Below are positions 50,101 to 64,000 of a stretch of DNA of 64,000 bases, piece after piece. This stretch comes from Eledone cirrhosa (taxonomy: Eukaryota). The stretch covers positions 229,834,001-229,898,000 of the forward strand of contig OZ024741.1 of the NCBI GenBank assembly GCA_964016885.1, given 5' to 3'. The notes beneath the pieces are model-generated. The model searched no databases, was not told the DNA's origin, and saw nothing but the letters and a program-made list of their open reading frames with translations. Every line of letters starts with the position of its first letter. The first letter of the stretch is position 1. Made by a program: the position numbers and the translations under genes.

Positions 50101-51360
50101 CTCGCACTCATAGCTGAATCTATGGTAGAACTAGAGAATAAATTCCAAACCTGGAAGCAGGGACTAGAGAGAAAGGGCCTCAAAGTCAACATGACAAAGA
50201 CTAAGGTCCTTATAAGTAGACGAGAAAACAGAACCCAGATCCCCTCAGGGAAATGGCCTTGCTCAGTATGTAGGAAAGTATGTTGCTCAGTAGGTAGGAA
50301 CTCCATTCTCTGCCCCAAATGCAAACAATGGGTACACAAGAGATGTAGCGGGATCTCAGGAAGCTTAATTAAGAATGTAGGATTCACATGCAGCAGCTGT
50401 GCTGAAACAGCAAGCAAACAGCCACAGGAAACAAGTACCACCAATCTCTGGGAGGGCCCTGTAGAAACAGTAGACAGCTTCTGCTACCTAGGTGACCGAA
50501 TTAGCAACGGAGGTGGGTGCTCAGAAAGTACAATAACTAGGGTAAGAACGGGATGGAAGAAGTTTAGGGAACTACTACCACTGCTAGCTGCAAAAGGCTT
50601 CTCCCTCAGAATGAAAGGCAGACTGTATGATGCGTGTATCCGAACAGCGATGTTGCATGGTAGTGAGACCTGGGCGCTGAAGGTGGAAGACTTACGTAGA
50701 TTAGAGAGAAACGAAGCCTGCATGCTCCGATGGATGTGTAACAGTAATATACGTGAACGACAAAGCATAAAGGAATTGAGAGAGAGACTGAGCATAAGAG
50801 GAATCAAATGCTGCGTGCAGGAGAGGCGGTTACGCTGGTATGGACATGTGATGCGTATGAAGGATGACAGCTGCATAAAAAGGTGCAGAGCACTAGAAGT
50901 TGATGGAAACCGCGGAGTGGGGAGACCCAAGATGACTTGGGATGAGGTGATAAAAGCTGACCTTACCCAACTACACCTCTCAAAGTCAATGACACACGAC
51001 CGTGACTTCTGGCGTCACGCAGTAATACAGGGTACCCGACCTCCCATGGGTACATGCTGAAGCATATAAACAATATGCCCCCACTCCCCCCACCGCAAGG
51101 TGGTCGTGGAGGTGCCATGGCAAAAAAGCACCCAGCCCACACTGTAAAGTGGACGTGTAGGCGCCACGAAAAAGCACCCAGCACTCACTGTAAATGAGGT
51201 TGGTGTTAGGAAGGGCATCCAGCTGTAGAAATCAAGCCAGATCAGTTCCTGTATGAGCAAGGCATGGTCAGCCGACCAGACACTGCCCACAACAGGACAA
51301 CCCGTCTAACCCATGCTAGCGTGGAAGAACGGACGTAAAACGGTGATGATGATGATGATG
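47165..51360 (+). mobile_element. Near-intact full-length RTE-clade LINE, subfamily A, antisense in RBKS intron 3
   Basis: APE ORF 47933-49078 (VGTINVG, CVQETRW, SAYAPQ, AGDFNGHVG, SQHSLV) overlaps the RT/PHD-like/C-terminal ORF 49036-51060 with a single frameshift at a G run near 49055. 3' UTR with (GAT)n tail at ~51343-51360. The 5' boundary is approximate. Confidence 0.96.
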
Positions 51361-51498
51361 ACACACATACATACATATATATACATACATACATACACAT
51401 ACATATATATACATATATATATACATATACAGACACACATACATACATACATATACACACATATACATACATATATATATACATACATATATATACAT

Positions 51499-51618
51499 AT
51501 GATGGCTGCCCCCTCGTTATCGAGTATGGCCATTGCACGAGGAGAAAGAAAAAAAAAAAAATTAATAATGATAATAAATAAATAAATATAAAGAAAATAA
51601 AAATTTAAGGAAAAGAAG

Positions 51619-51650
<32 letters not shown>

Positions 51651-53650
51651 CTCATACACACACACACACTCACACACACATATACACACACACATACATT
51701 AATAACAATAATAATAATAATAATAATAACAACAACAATAATAATAACGACAACAACAATAATAATATACATATACATACATATATACACACACACGCAC
51801 ACACATAAGCATATCTACACACACACACACACACGATAGCAACTAACAGCGCTGCGATCGAATGTGGCTTTTTAGCTCAGCCAATGATCTAAAATGTCTT
51901 GCACAGAGTCGGCAACCAAAACATTCACTGGGAATAGTCGGCTGTGGTTGGAGTTTGTGTACTTTTGCATGTCGCTTGAGCCCTCCTGCTGATTTACATT
52001 CTCTACCACATGTTTGGCAAGCATGATGAGTAGCATCTCCAACAGCAGCCTGGTAGTCAACCACTGGTCTTACTTTATGACTGCGAAGATGACTTTCGAG
52101 TCCAGCTTTGCTTAGGCAGAGTCTCGCACATACGCTGCATGTCAGCACCATAGGAGGACCCTCGCCGTCTGGAAGTGCAACAGCAATACCCTTCCTCACA
52201 TCCCACTTTACTTTCTCGTATGCGTTTGAGATGCCTCAAAGGCAACTTTTCCCTCATATACAGTCTTTCTCCATTTATTACGATCAGCAGCAATATTCTC
52301 CCATGTATCAGCAGAGATGTTAGCGTCTTTCAGAGAGGCTTTCAAGGAATCCTTATACCTCTTTTTTGGTTTATGTGGCGGTCGTTTTCCTTTAACCAAC
52401 TCTCCATAAAAGAGTTGTTTTGGTATTCTAGAATCCTTCATCCTGGCAAGGTGACCACTCCAACGGAGTCGTTGCTTAAGCACAAGAGCTTCTATACTGT
52501 CACACATAGAGCTTTCCAAAATCTCGACATCACTGATGTGGTCCCTCCAGTGAACGCCATGGATCCGTCTGAGACACATCTGATGGAAACGCTCCAATTG
52601 CTTAAGGTGGTGTCGATATGTGACCCAGGTCTCGCAGGCATAAAGAAGACAAGAGAGCACACATGCCCTGTACACCTTTACCTTTGTCCTCCTGCATATG
52701 TCTCGCCGACCCCAGAGTCGCCTTTCTAGCTTTCCGAAAGCATTACTTACTTTCCTAATCCTAAGTGAGATTTCACTGTCAAGGTTGCTGTATCGATTGA
52801 CAGTGCTTCCCAGGTAGACAAACTGATCAACCACTCCAAGTCGTTTGCCATACACATAGATGTTTGGTTCAGTGTACTGCTTACCAGGGGCAGGTTGGTA
52901 CATGACGACGGTTTTCTTGAGACTGACAGTCAGACCTAGGGCAGTGCAAGTGTCAGAAAATGCATTCAAAATGTGCTGCATATCACTCTCTGTGTGCGCT
53001 ACAAGATCGCAATCATCTTCATACAAGAGGTCTCTTATGATTGATGTAAATACTTCTGTCTTCGCAGCAAAGCGCCTGATGTTAAATATGCTGCCTGAGG
53101 TTCGATATCGGATGTAAACACCATGCTTGCAATTCCTGAATGCAATACAGAAAACCATTGCTACTCATCATGCTTGCCAAACATGTGGTAGAGAATGTAA
53201 ATCAGCAGGAGAGCTCAAGCGACATGCAACACAAACTCCAACCACAGCCGGCTATTCCCAGTGAATGTTTTGGTTGCCGACTCTGTGCAAGACATTTTAG
53301 ATCATTGGCTGGGCTAAAAAGCCACATTCTATCGCAGCGCTGTTAGTTGCTATCGTGTGTGTGTGTGTGTGTAGATATGCTTATGTGTGTGCGTGTGTGT
53401 GTATATATATATGTATATGTATATTATTATTGTTGTTGTCGTTATTATTATTGTTGTTATTATTATTATTATTATTATTGTTATTAATGTATGTGTGTGA
53501 GTGTGTGTATATGTGTATGTATATTTATATATATATATATATATTTCTTTTTTTTTTTTTTTTATTTTTATTTATTTATTATTATTATTTTTTTTTTTTA
53601 TTTCTCCTCGTGCAATGGCCATACTCGATAACGAGGGGGCAGCCATCATG
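51499..53650 (-). mobile_element. RTE (BovB-like) LINE fragment with three C-terminal C2H2 fingers and an inverted duplicate of its 3' end
   Basis: ORF 52208-53158 (DLLYEDDCDL, FVYLGS, LLYACETW, QRLRWSGHLARM) and ZnF ORF 51843-52199; 51499-52032 is mirrored at 53162-53650. Confidence 0.9.
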
Positions 53651-53837
53651 TATGTATATATATATATATATATATGTATGTATATATATATATATGTATG
53701 TATATATATATATATGTATATATATATGTATGTATATATATATGTATGTATATGTATGTATGTATGTATATGTATATATACGTACTTACATTTAAGTATT
53801 AGCTGTACTAAGAGTGAGAAATTAAATTTTGTTTCAT

Positions 53838-54326
<489 letters not shown>

Positions 54327-54413
54327 TTATACTCCAGAAAATCTGTTGAGTGTTTTGAATCAGGTATAAACATTTATATTTGTTGAATTACCAACAAATT
54401 AAATATCCCTTTT

Positions 54414-57400
54414 CATCATCATCATCATCACCATCACCATCATCATGATCATCGTTTAACGTCCATCTTCCACGCTAGCTTGTGTTTGGACGGGAATTTT
54501 CCCACTTGAGGCAAGATTGGTTGTCTTGCTCGTATAGGACTGTCTGGCGGGTTTTCTCCGGCTGGATGCCCTTCCTAACACCAACCACATTTACAGTGTG
54601 GACTGGGTGGTTTTTACCGTGTTACCTACACGGCCACATTACAGCGTGGACTGTGTGTTTTTTTGTCGTAACACCTACACAACCTCATTTATTTAGGACT
54701 GGATGTTGTGGTACCTACATAACTTTACATCGAATGGGGTGGTGTGGATGGGGTGGGGGTATTGGGACAAGGGTGTATTTTTGTTAAGATGTGCCTACTG
54801 ACTGTAGGTTTCGCTTTGTACTTAGGCAAGGCGGGTCTTCTGTATTACTGCGTAGCGCCAAAGATCTTGGTCCAGTGACATTGTCTTGGAGAGGTGTAAG
54901 TGTGTGAGGTCGGAATTTATCAAGTCGTCCCAGGTTTTTCTGGGTCTGCCTACTCCGTGGCTACCGTCTATTTTTATCGCCCTGCACTTTTTTATACAGC
55001 TGTCGTCTTTCATGCGCATCACGTGACCATACCAACGTAGTCTTCTCTCGAGTAAACAGCATCTGATCCCTCTTATTCCTAATTTCTCACTTAGTTCATT
55101 TATGCTTTGCCGTTCACGTATATTACTATTACACATCCAACAGAGCATGCAAGCTTCGTTCCTCTCCAATCTGCGTATATCCTCTGCATACAATGCCCAA
55201 GTATGCTGGCATCATACAGCCTGCCTTTCATTTTTAGAGAGAAACCTTTAGCGGCCAATAGTGGTATAAGCTCTCTGAACTTTTTCCATCCCATTCTAAC
55301 TCTAGCTACTGTACTTTCAGAGCACCCTCCCCCACTGCTGATTTTGTCACCCAGGTAACGGAAGGTGTCCACTATTTCTATAGAACCATCTGTGCAATGG
55401 AATGAGATAGTATTCTGTGGGCATTTGCTGCTACTTAGTGCACCTGAGCACCGGCCACATATAAAATTTATATTCTTAGTTAGCTTACCTGTGATCCCAC
55501 TACATCTTTTATGTACCCATACTTTGCATTTGGGACATAAAATGGAGTTTCTGCCTACTCCTTTCCTACACACTGAGCATGGCCATTTCCCAGATGGGAC
55601 CAGTGTCCTATTTTCCTTCCTACATACTAGAACTTTAGTCTTAGACAGGTTAATTTTAAGGCCTTGTGATTCTAGGCCATGCTGCCATGTTTGGAATTTC
55701 TTCTCTAGTTCAGCCATTGATTCAGCTATGAGCGTTAGATCATCTGCATATAGGAGTTCCATGGGCAGCCGGTCTTGAACTCCTCTGTTATAGCCTGAAG
55801 GGCAATAATAAATAGTAGGGGGCTAAAGACGGAGCCCTGATGAACACCAACTTTTACGCTAAATTCTTCACTATATTCATTGTTAATTCTAACCTTGCTG
55901 GCTGTTTCTTTATACATGGCTTGTATAGCTCTCACAAGCCATTCATCTACACCTAGTTTTCTAAGAGCCCACCAGATAATGGGGCATGGGACTCTGTCAA
56001 AGGCTTTCTCCAAGTCAACAAAAGCTAAGTATAGGGGTTTACTTTTAGCTAGGTACTTCTCCTGTAGTTGTCGTACAGTGGAAAGAGTGTCTGTGGTACT
56101 TTTACCCGACACAAACCCGAACTGCATTTCGTCTAGATCAATTCGCTCTCTGATTAGTTGCGCTATTACTTTTTCTATGACCTTCATGACCTGGTCAATT
56201 AATTTAATGCCTCTATAGTTTCCCCTATCTAGGGCATCTCCTTTACCCTTGTAGCAGTTAATGATGATGCTGCTATGCCAGTCCTTCAGTACGACCCCAT
56301 TCTGTATGACTTGGTTTACTATCCGGGTGACCATAGTGTGTCCCACTGTTCCAGATGCTTTCAGCATTTCAGCAACTATTTCCGAAGGCCCAGCCTGTCT
56401 TCATATCTTTGATCGCCTTACTTATTATACTACCTTCAACTTGCACTGCTGGTCCCTCTATTGGATCGATGTGAGGTAGGCTGTCTTTCTCCCATTTATT
56501 CTCCTCATTTAGTAGCCTTTCGTAGTGACACGTCCAAGCTGCCTTCTTATCAGCGTCAGTGATGGCAAGTACACCATCATCATTAAAGACACACTTCTCC
56601 CCCACAATATCACGGTTTTCCTTGACACATTGCCTAGCAATCCTGAACACCTCACGTTTTTGGTCCTCGCGTTGTAGAACATGCTTGAACTTTCTTTCCT
56701 CTGCTTCCCTTCTTGCGAAGTACACTTGTCTCCTAGCTTCCCTCCTGGCTACTTGATAGTCTTCTCTACTTCCCCCATCCCGCCATACTTTCCAAGCCTA
56801 CTTTTTGGCCTTGATTGACTCCTCGACCTTACTGTTCCACCACCAAGTTACTCTCCTCCTGCCTATAGGTCTGCTCCAGCCACAGATTTCATCTGTCGCC
56901 TTCAGCAGGTTAGCTTTCAGGAATTCCCACTGTTGCTGTATATTGTACGACTCTAATTGCTCTTCCTTACTGTCAAAAGCATCAAGTAATATGCTTTTAA
57001 ATTTATTACTGGTTGTGGGGTCCTTTAGCTTCCATATTTTTCTCCTGAGGATAGTCCTCCCCTGTTGTCGAGTACATCTCGTCCTGACTATGAGGTCGCT
57101 AACTATGAGTCTATGTTGAGAGGTGCATTCTTCATGGGGGAGGGATTTAGTGTTTACAACAGACACTCTGTCACGTCTTCTGGTAAGGATATAATCTATC
57201 TGAATGGTGTGTTCCCCTGATCAATAGGTGATCAAGTGATTGTCTCGTTTTTTGAAGTTTGTGTTACAGATAGTTAGGTTATTTGCATCACAGAATTCCA
57301 GGTTCTGGAGCCTTCCTCATTTCTAGTACCACACCCATAGCCTCCATGGATTCCGTCATAGCCGTCACAATGTTGTCCAACGTGACCATTTAGGTCGCCA

Positions 57401-57529
57401 GCGATAATTATGTAGTCACTGTCGGTTATTTGGGAGATAGTGAGCATTAACGACTCATAGAATCTGTCTTTTATAACGCCTGGCAGTCCGGATTGGGGTG
57501 CATACGCAGATATTATTGTCACAGTAGTT
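54414..57529 (-). mobile_element. RTE-clade LINE, subfamily B, 5'-truncated and frameshifted
   Basis: ORFs 57274-57522 (SAYAPQ, AGDLNGHVG) through 54822-55193; (GAT)n tail at ~54414-54453; highly similar to 3700-7143. Confidence 0.95.
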
Positions 57530-58434
57530 CTATATATATATCATCATTATCACCATTTAATGTCTATTTTCCATGCATGCATAGGTTAGACAGTTGTCAT
57601 ATGCTGAGGCCAGACCAGTCAGGTGACTAGGTCTTGGTTATATGCTTCATTTTGGCTGGTTTCTACAGCTGGATGCCCATCCTAACACCAACCACTTTAC
57701 AGAATAGAATATAATGCATGTCATTATATTGTATGACAGCTTACTTCCAAGTTTTGCTGAAATTATTTGCTTCTCAGAGGAGACCAAGCCTTTTTGAAAA
57801 GCTGGCATCAGTGTTCTTCATTTTCAACAAAGAGGGGAAAAAAAAGACTGAATACATTAAGCAGAGTTTATCTATAATTTTCCTTTTAATTTCAAGCTAA
57901 GGCTTCTAAATGCTGCTACTCAAAGTTTTGCTCTTTTCCACTTATCAAATGTGTTAGTAGCAACAAACAACTGTATCATATAGACATATTTTAAAAAATT
58001 ACATAATTATTCAGTATAGATTACGCATGTGTGTGAAGGTGTGTGTCATGCCATCACCCGTGGCAATGCTATGAGCATATTGGCTTGCCTCAAAGTGTTT
58101 AGTTAACCCTTATGATGTGATGTGCAGCCAATTATCGCACTTGGTGGTGAATTGATGGTTGTTTTTGTTTTTGCCCCCACCCTTTTTTTTCTTCTTCTTT
58201 TTCTCTCTTTTATGCGTTTTATGCGTATATTTGCGTTTATCAACAACATTATATTTGTAATGTTCTTCTGAACGAATCGTGAGCAATTTATAATGTTATT
58301 TACGCATTTATATATATACCTGAGTCTTCTTAAATTCATAATGTTATTTACGCATTTGCAATGTTATTTATACAACTATGAATAAAAAATTATCAAAAAT
58401 GATGCATGTTAATAAATAAAGGTGATTACCATAC

Positions 58435-58498
58435 CTGTATTAATTGAGCATTTCTGGAAATGGTTTAGGTAGTTGGTTCCAAACTGGTCAGTGCCAAC
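58435..58498 (-). CDS. RBKS: Ribokinase, exon 3
   Basis: VGTDQFGTNYLNHFQKCSINT (VGxDxFG motif); 64 nt, phase 0/1, ttcag and G|GTATGG boundaries. Confidence 0.93.
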
Positions 58499-58837
58499 CT
58501 GAATGGAGTTTCATAGAACATAGTGAGACAGCATGTAGTGGGGAGTATGAGGGGGAATTATGGGAGATAGTGCTGGGCCAGATAAAGTCCTTTTGAAGAT
58601 CTAAGCACTTAAAAGACTATGGTGCCCCTATATATACAGTCTGCAAGGAAAAAAGGGTTGGGGATGACAAATACATTTAATCTGAATAAAATGGTGGCCC
58701 TCTTCTCTTGATACTCTAAACTTGTGCTTATTTTGCTTAATTTGGTTGATCAAGCCCTCATGATGGTGGATATATTATAGACATGTGAGAGTGAGAGGAA
58801 ATGTATGTTGATAGTAACAAGTTAATATAGTTTAGAT

Positions 58838-59155
58838 CAGGGGTGTGCAACATATTCCGTTGATGGGCCACTTTTGAACATTGGAACAACTATTAGGACC
58901 ATCAATATTTATTAAGCACTGTTCCAAAGTTTCACCACAACCTCTTTCCATAACATGGACTGGGAAATTATAACACACATAACCCTATCAGTGAAGCCCT
59001 TTAGTGTAGGTCAACTAATAGAAAATTGTATTACAGTAACAAAAAAAATGTCTAAATAAGCCTACAGGGTAAAAATTTTAAATGGTCATTACAGGCCACT
59101 CTGACTGGTCTGGCAGCCGGATTGTGGCCTGCGGACTGCCTGTTGCACGCACCTA
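58838..59155. mobile_element. hAT/Charlie-type MITE
   Basis: TIRs CAGGGGTGTGCAAC and GTTGCACGCACCTA; perfect 8-bp TSD GTTTAGAT (58830-58837, 59156-59163). Confidence 0.85.
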
Positions 59156-60929
59156 GTTTAGATAATCTAGAAAGATAGTGATGTACTGAATAATTTAAAA
59201 AAAAAAAAAAAAATCTCACTGATTTGAAATTTTCTTAGATGGAGAAAGAAAGCAAAGACCTCGCAGCAATTGTTAGCTACTCACAAAGACAAGGAGAGAT
59301 AATTTCAGGAAATTAGCCCTTTCATTACTGTATTTCTAATGAAATAATTTAATAAAATAACTAAATTTTTCATCAATAAGCTGATATTTAGAACATTTCT
59401 TAATAAAAAGTTTTTAATAAAATTATAATAAAGTTTTAATGTAAGGATAAATAATTTAGAATTAACAGTTTTTTTTATCTTAAATCTAGAGTGGTTTCTG
59501 GTGGTTTATTATTAAAAGGATTAACTATAGGAGTCATAGGAAAATTTTTTTTGAAGCTTAGAAGGAAATATCTGATATTTTAGCAAGCAAGATGGCAGCT
59601 GTAGACATGTTTTGGTATTGTTAAAGCTCATCATTTAAACATTGACTTCCCAAGCCTGCTTTAATCAATTTACAGAAGTGTTTACAAATAGAAAAAAGGG
59701 TTAGAAATATGTTGGGTTTACATAATATTTATATATTCTTGGGTTTCAAATAATTGTTGTCAAACCACTGCTTAGTAAATTTTGTTAATCTATCTCTGGT
59801 GAAATTATGTTTTAAGGGGAAGCATTCCTGCGACAATTCATTTTCTTTAGACCCAAAAACATTATACATGACATAAAAAGTACATTTCTAGAAATCCCAT
59901 ACGTTATAAAACGAATAGGATAGGTTGGGGTCTCAATATGTAAACTAAACCACTAATTCTGCTTTTAAAAAAAAACCAACAGAGACAACCTAGAAAAATT
60001 ACCGAATGGGGAGAAATGAGGCAAAATGGGGAGATTTTACATAATGAAATCAATAACCATTTTCACAAAAGAAGACATTTCTCACCCACCCCAAAGTGGG
60101 TGGGAGATCTCCCCGTCGGACGGGGAGTATTGACATGTCTGCATAGCATATATTCCACAACACTCACACAATGGTACACACCATAATAACACACGCTCAT
60201 GCACATAGACAGTAACATACACAACATAAACACTAACCTACTGTCCTTGTGTCATTCCAACTATAACAATTACAGTCTTCTTGTCTGGCATATATTAAGT
60301 ATTATTACAGGGTGGTAGATTGGCAGTATGGCTAGAAAGTCGGACACCATGTTTTGAGGCATAGAGTTACAACATTTTAAGTTCTGAGTTCAAATCCCGC
60401 TGATGTTAGCTTTGCTTTTCATCCTTGCAGGGTTGATAAATAAAGCACTTGTAATGCACTGGGGTCAATTTAATTGACTTTCCCCGCCCCTTCAAATTGC
60501 TGGCCTTGTGCCTAAAGTAGAAATCATCATTTTAAGAGCAGTGAATTAGCAGAACAATTACAGCATCAGACAAAATGTTTTACAGAGTCTCTTCTGGCTC
60601 TTTATATTCTGCGTTCAAATCCTATCAAAGCAAACTTTGCCTTCCATCCTTCCAGGGTTGATAAAATAAAGTACCAGTCAAGTTTATATAATCGACTTAT
60701 CCTTCCCTTCAAAATTATTGGCATTGTGCTTAAAGTAGAAACCATTATTTATGGAAGCAAAGTATAATTCCATTTACAGGAAACAGCTTTTAGACTCATT
60801 TTCTCATATATACACATATATATACACCAGGTCTGAACACATGAGGACCAAACTCCCACTGTCACTGCTTCTGTCTCTCCCGCTCTCTCCATCTCTCACT
60901 ATTGTGAGCAAATGGGTTGGCTGTCCCGC

Positions 60930-61140
60930 AGTCTCGGCAGACAGAATAGAGAAGGTGTTTCCCCAGAGGATGGTGAGGGTGACACACTGGAAGAGCCATT
61001 CCAGCTTGCGAGACTCACACCTGCGAGTAGCCAACTCAGTGCCGATAGTGGTGAGCAGGGAGGTGGCCTTAGAGCCAAAGGCACCTGAGGTCTCCACTTC
61101 CACGGGCTCGACTTCAAACCTTTTGGAGAGCGACTGATAT
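60930..61140 (-). mobile_element. CRE-clade non-LTR 3' fragment
   Basis: KYQSLSKRFEVEPVEVETSGAFGSKATSLLTTIG..WLFQCVTLTILWGNTFSIL resembles the P.AVET.G..G ... Q.LS.A..RGNA C-terminal motif. Confidence 0.7.
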
Positions 61141-61804
61141 TTTATCTGATATATTAGAAATTGAAGTAGACCTGGATGCAATGTTGGCAGCGTGACTGAA
61201 AATGACAAGTGCAAAGGAAGAATAATTGTTATTATCTGACTGAGTTCATCTTGACTTCTTTCCCTATAGTCACCACCAAAATCTAAAAACATACAGGACT
61301 AGACCAAATAGGGGATGGAGTATAACATGTCCGGAGTGTCATACTACACATTGAATGATTCATCACTGCATGTTGAAGTGTGCAGTATTTGTAGGAGTCC
61401 AGAAACAGACTGGAGAGTGGAGAAAGTGAGAGATGTCCAGATTGTTACCCTACATACCATATAATTCATTGCTACATGGTGAAATGTGCAATATCTGCAA
61501 GTTTAGAGAAATAGATTAATGAATGCAGAGAATACAGTATGTTTAACTTGTCACACTGCATCCATATGATTCATTGGAAGGGTGCTGTATCTGCAGGAGA
61601 AATACATGTTCAGTTTGTCGCATTGCACCATATGATTTACTGCATGCCAAATTGTGCAGCATGGTTGTCAGTTAGGTGAGGACATGGTATAATTAGAAAA
61701 ATACTTTCTATATGTACACTGTTTACTATGGTATGGATATTTTATTAGGGCTGACCTGTGGATAAATAACAACATATACACTAGCACAAACGATACCTTT
61801 TTTT

Positions 61805-62125
61805 AAAGGCACTCTGTCGGTTATAACAAGTGTTCCAGTTGATGCGATCAATGGAATAACCAGTTCATGAAATTAATGTGCAAGTGGCTGGGCATTCCAC
61901 AGACATGCGCACCCCTAACGTGAGATCAGGGAGATTCAGTATGACACAAAATGTGACAAGGCCGGCCCTTCAAATTACAGGCACAACTCATTTTTGCCAG
62001 CTGAGTGAACTGGAGCAATGCGAAATAAAGTGTCTTGCACAAGTACACAATGTGCTACCAGGAATTGAACTCATGGCATTACGGTTGTAAGCCAAATATC
62101 ATAACCACAAAGCCATGTGCCTTCA
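61805..62125 (-). mobile_element. tRNA-derived SINE (CORE/Deu-like body)
   Basis: Minus strand A box TGGCTTTGTGG, B box GAGTTCAATTCC, body shared with the 12027/29540 SINEs but a different tail; partial copy at ~35400-35540. Confidence 0.7.
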
Positions 62126-62134
62126 CTACAAACA

Positions 62135-62836
<702 letters not shown>

Positions 62837-62837
62837 T

Positions 62838-62875
<38 letters not shown>

Positions 62876-63434
62876 CAAAATATTAATAAATGAAAAATAT
62901 TCTCATAACAAAAAATATATATTTTATTATACATATTTCAAAGGTACAATGGTGTTTCAGTACGTTTTCATCAGATAAAATATGAGAGATTGGATATGCG
63001 ACACACCGCTAAGGTTTTGATTATTCATATATATATATATATATATTTCTATGTGTGTATGTGTGTATGTATGTATGTATGTATGTATGTGTGTCAGGTC
63101 GCTCTTGAGTGCTACCGGTAACATGTAACCTAGTACAACCTGTCTCATAGTCGGGTTGTTGGTGACTAAACCTGCAACCCACCAATCTTGCTTGGTGAGG
63201 AGGGTGATATTTGGAGGGCGAAATACAAGATATTTGAAAGGCGGAGGAACTCATACCTTTGGTATGTGTGAAGTAACGTGCTGTTGTTTAGGAGCTGAAG
63301 GAGACAGATGCGACATCGATGACCATAAACGGTGCACATATTTTGTTGGATTTGGAAGTTCCTGTGGCGAAACAGGAGCGATCATTTGCCCGGGTAGAGC
63401 GAGTACCATGCCATAAACTTTGAATTTTTTTTTT

Positions 63435-63890
63435 TTCATGCGTTTTTTTTTTTTTTTTTTTTTTTTTATTAAAGCATATAGATGTAAGTGCAGTTACTTA
63501 AATGAAATTACTTTTTTTTTTTTTTATTAAAGCATATAGATGTAAGTGGAGTTACTTAAATGGAAATATCACGCGTTTTTTTTAAAAAAATGTTTATTAA
63601 AGCATATCGATGTAAGTGGATTTACTTAAATGAAAATATAGGTGGCCCTTAAAAGGGCCAAATTAGAAAACAAATTTAAGTTAATTAGAAAACAAGTCAT
63701 GGTTATCAAATAAATTGGATTTAATCATTTATATTTTCATAGTCATGGTTATCAATGTAGAAAATAATTTCATTTAAGTAACTCCACTTACATCTATATG
63801 CTTTAATAAAAAAAAAAAAAATTTTTTTTAAATTAAAAAAACGCGTGAAAAAAATTAAAAAAATTTCATTTAAGTAACTCCACTTACGCG
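63435..63890. repeat. Foldback-like element: three direct ~45-bp units plus two inverted copies
   Basis: ttattaaagcatatagatgtaagtggagttacttaaatg at ~63466, 63525 and 63594; reverse-complement copies at ~63768-63808 and ~63863-63887. Confidence 0.75.
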
Positions 63891-64000
63891 TGGTAGTAAT
63901 ACGGAAATAAACGATGTTTTGCTTTAATCGGCTGCTTCGACTGACAGCTAATAGCGTTGTAATGCCGTTTTTTTTTTGTGTGTGTGTGTTATCAACTAAT

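Overview
AT-rich, repeat-dense animal genomic DNA. The SINE/LINE repertoire and microsatellite load look like an octopus or other coleoid cephalopod (inference, not database-checked). Two spliced housekeeping genes can be reconstructed by hand on the minus strand. Ribokinase (RBKS) has exons 2-8 at 62752 to 33670, all GT-AG and phase-compatible; exon 1 was not found and is probably beyond the right edge. CDK2-interacting protein (CINP) is complete, with 5 coding exons at 26751 to 20010 (230 aa). A probable first coding exon of an unidentified secreted-protein gene lies at 7876-8096 (-). The rest is mobile DNA: two subfamilies of RTE-clade LINEs with an embedded PHD-like finger (one copy is one base from intact), a second RTE family with C2H2 fingers, Penelope-like elements (PLEs), CR1-, R4/Dong- and CRE-like fragments, a maT/DD37D mariner, piggyBac- and hAT-type MITEs, and several tRNA-derived SINEs. 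The most striking unexplained structure is a set of short fold-back (inverted-repeat) elements sitting in (TA)n microsatellites. Several carry minimal hammerhead-ribozyme motifs, the best at 31050-31088 (+) and 32389-32431 (-). Their inversion junctions fall at or inside the ribozyme, suggesting a PLE/retrozyme-like system that seeds long dsRNA hairpins in introns. Also notable are degenerate duplicates of RBKS exon 4 and a SINE whose tail matches a LINE in the same window.
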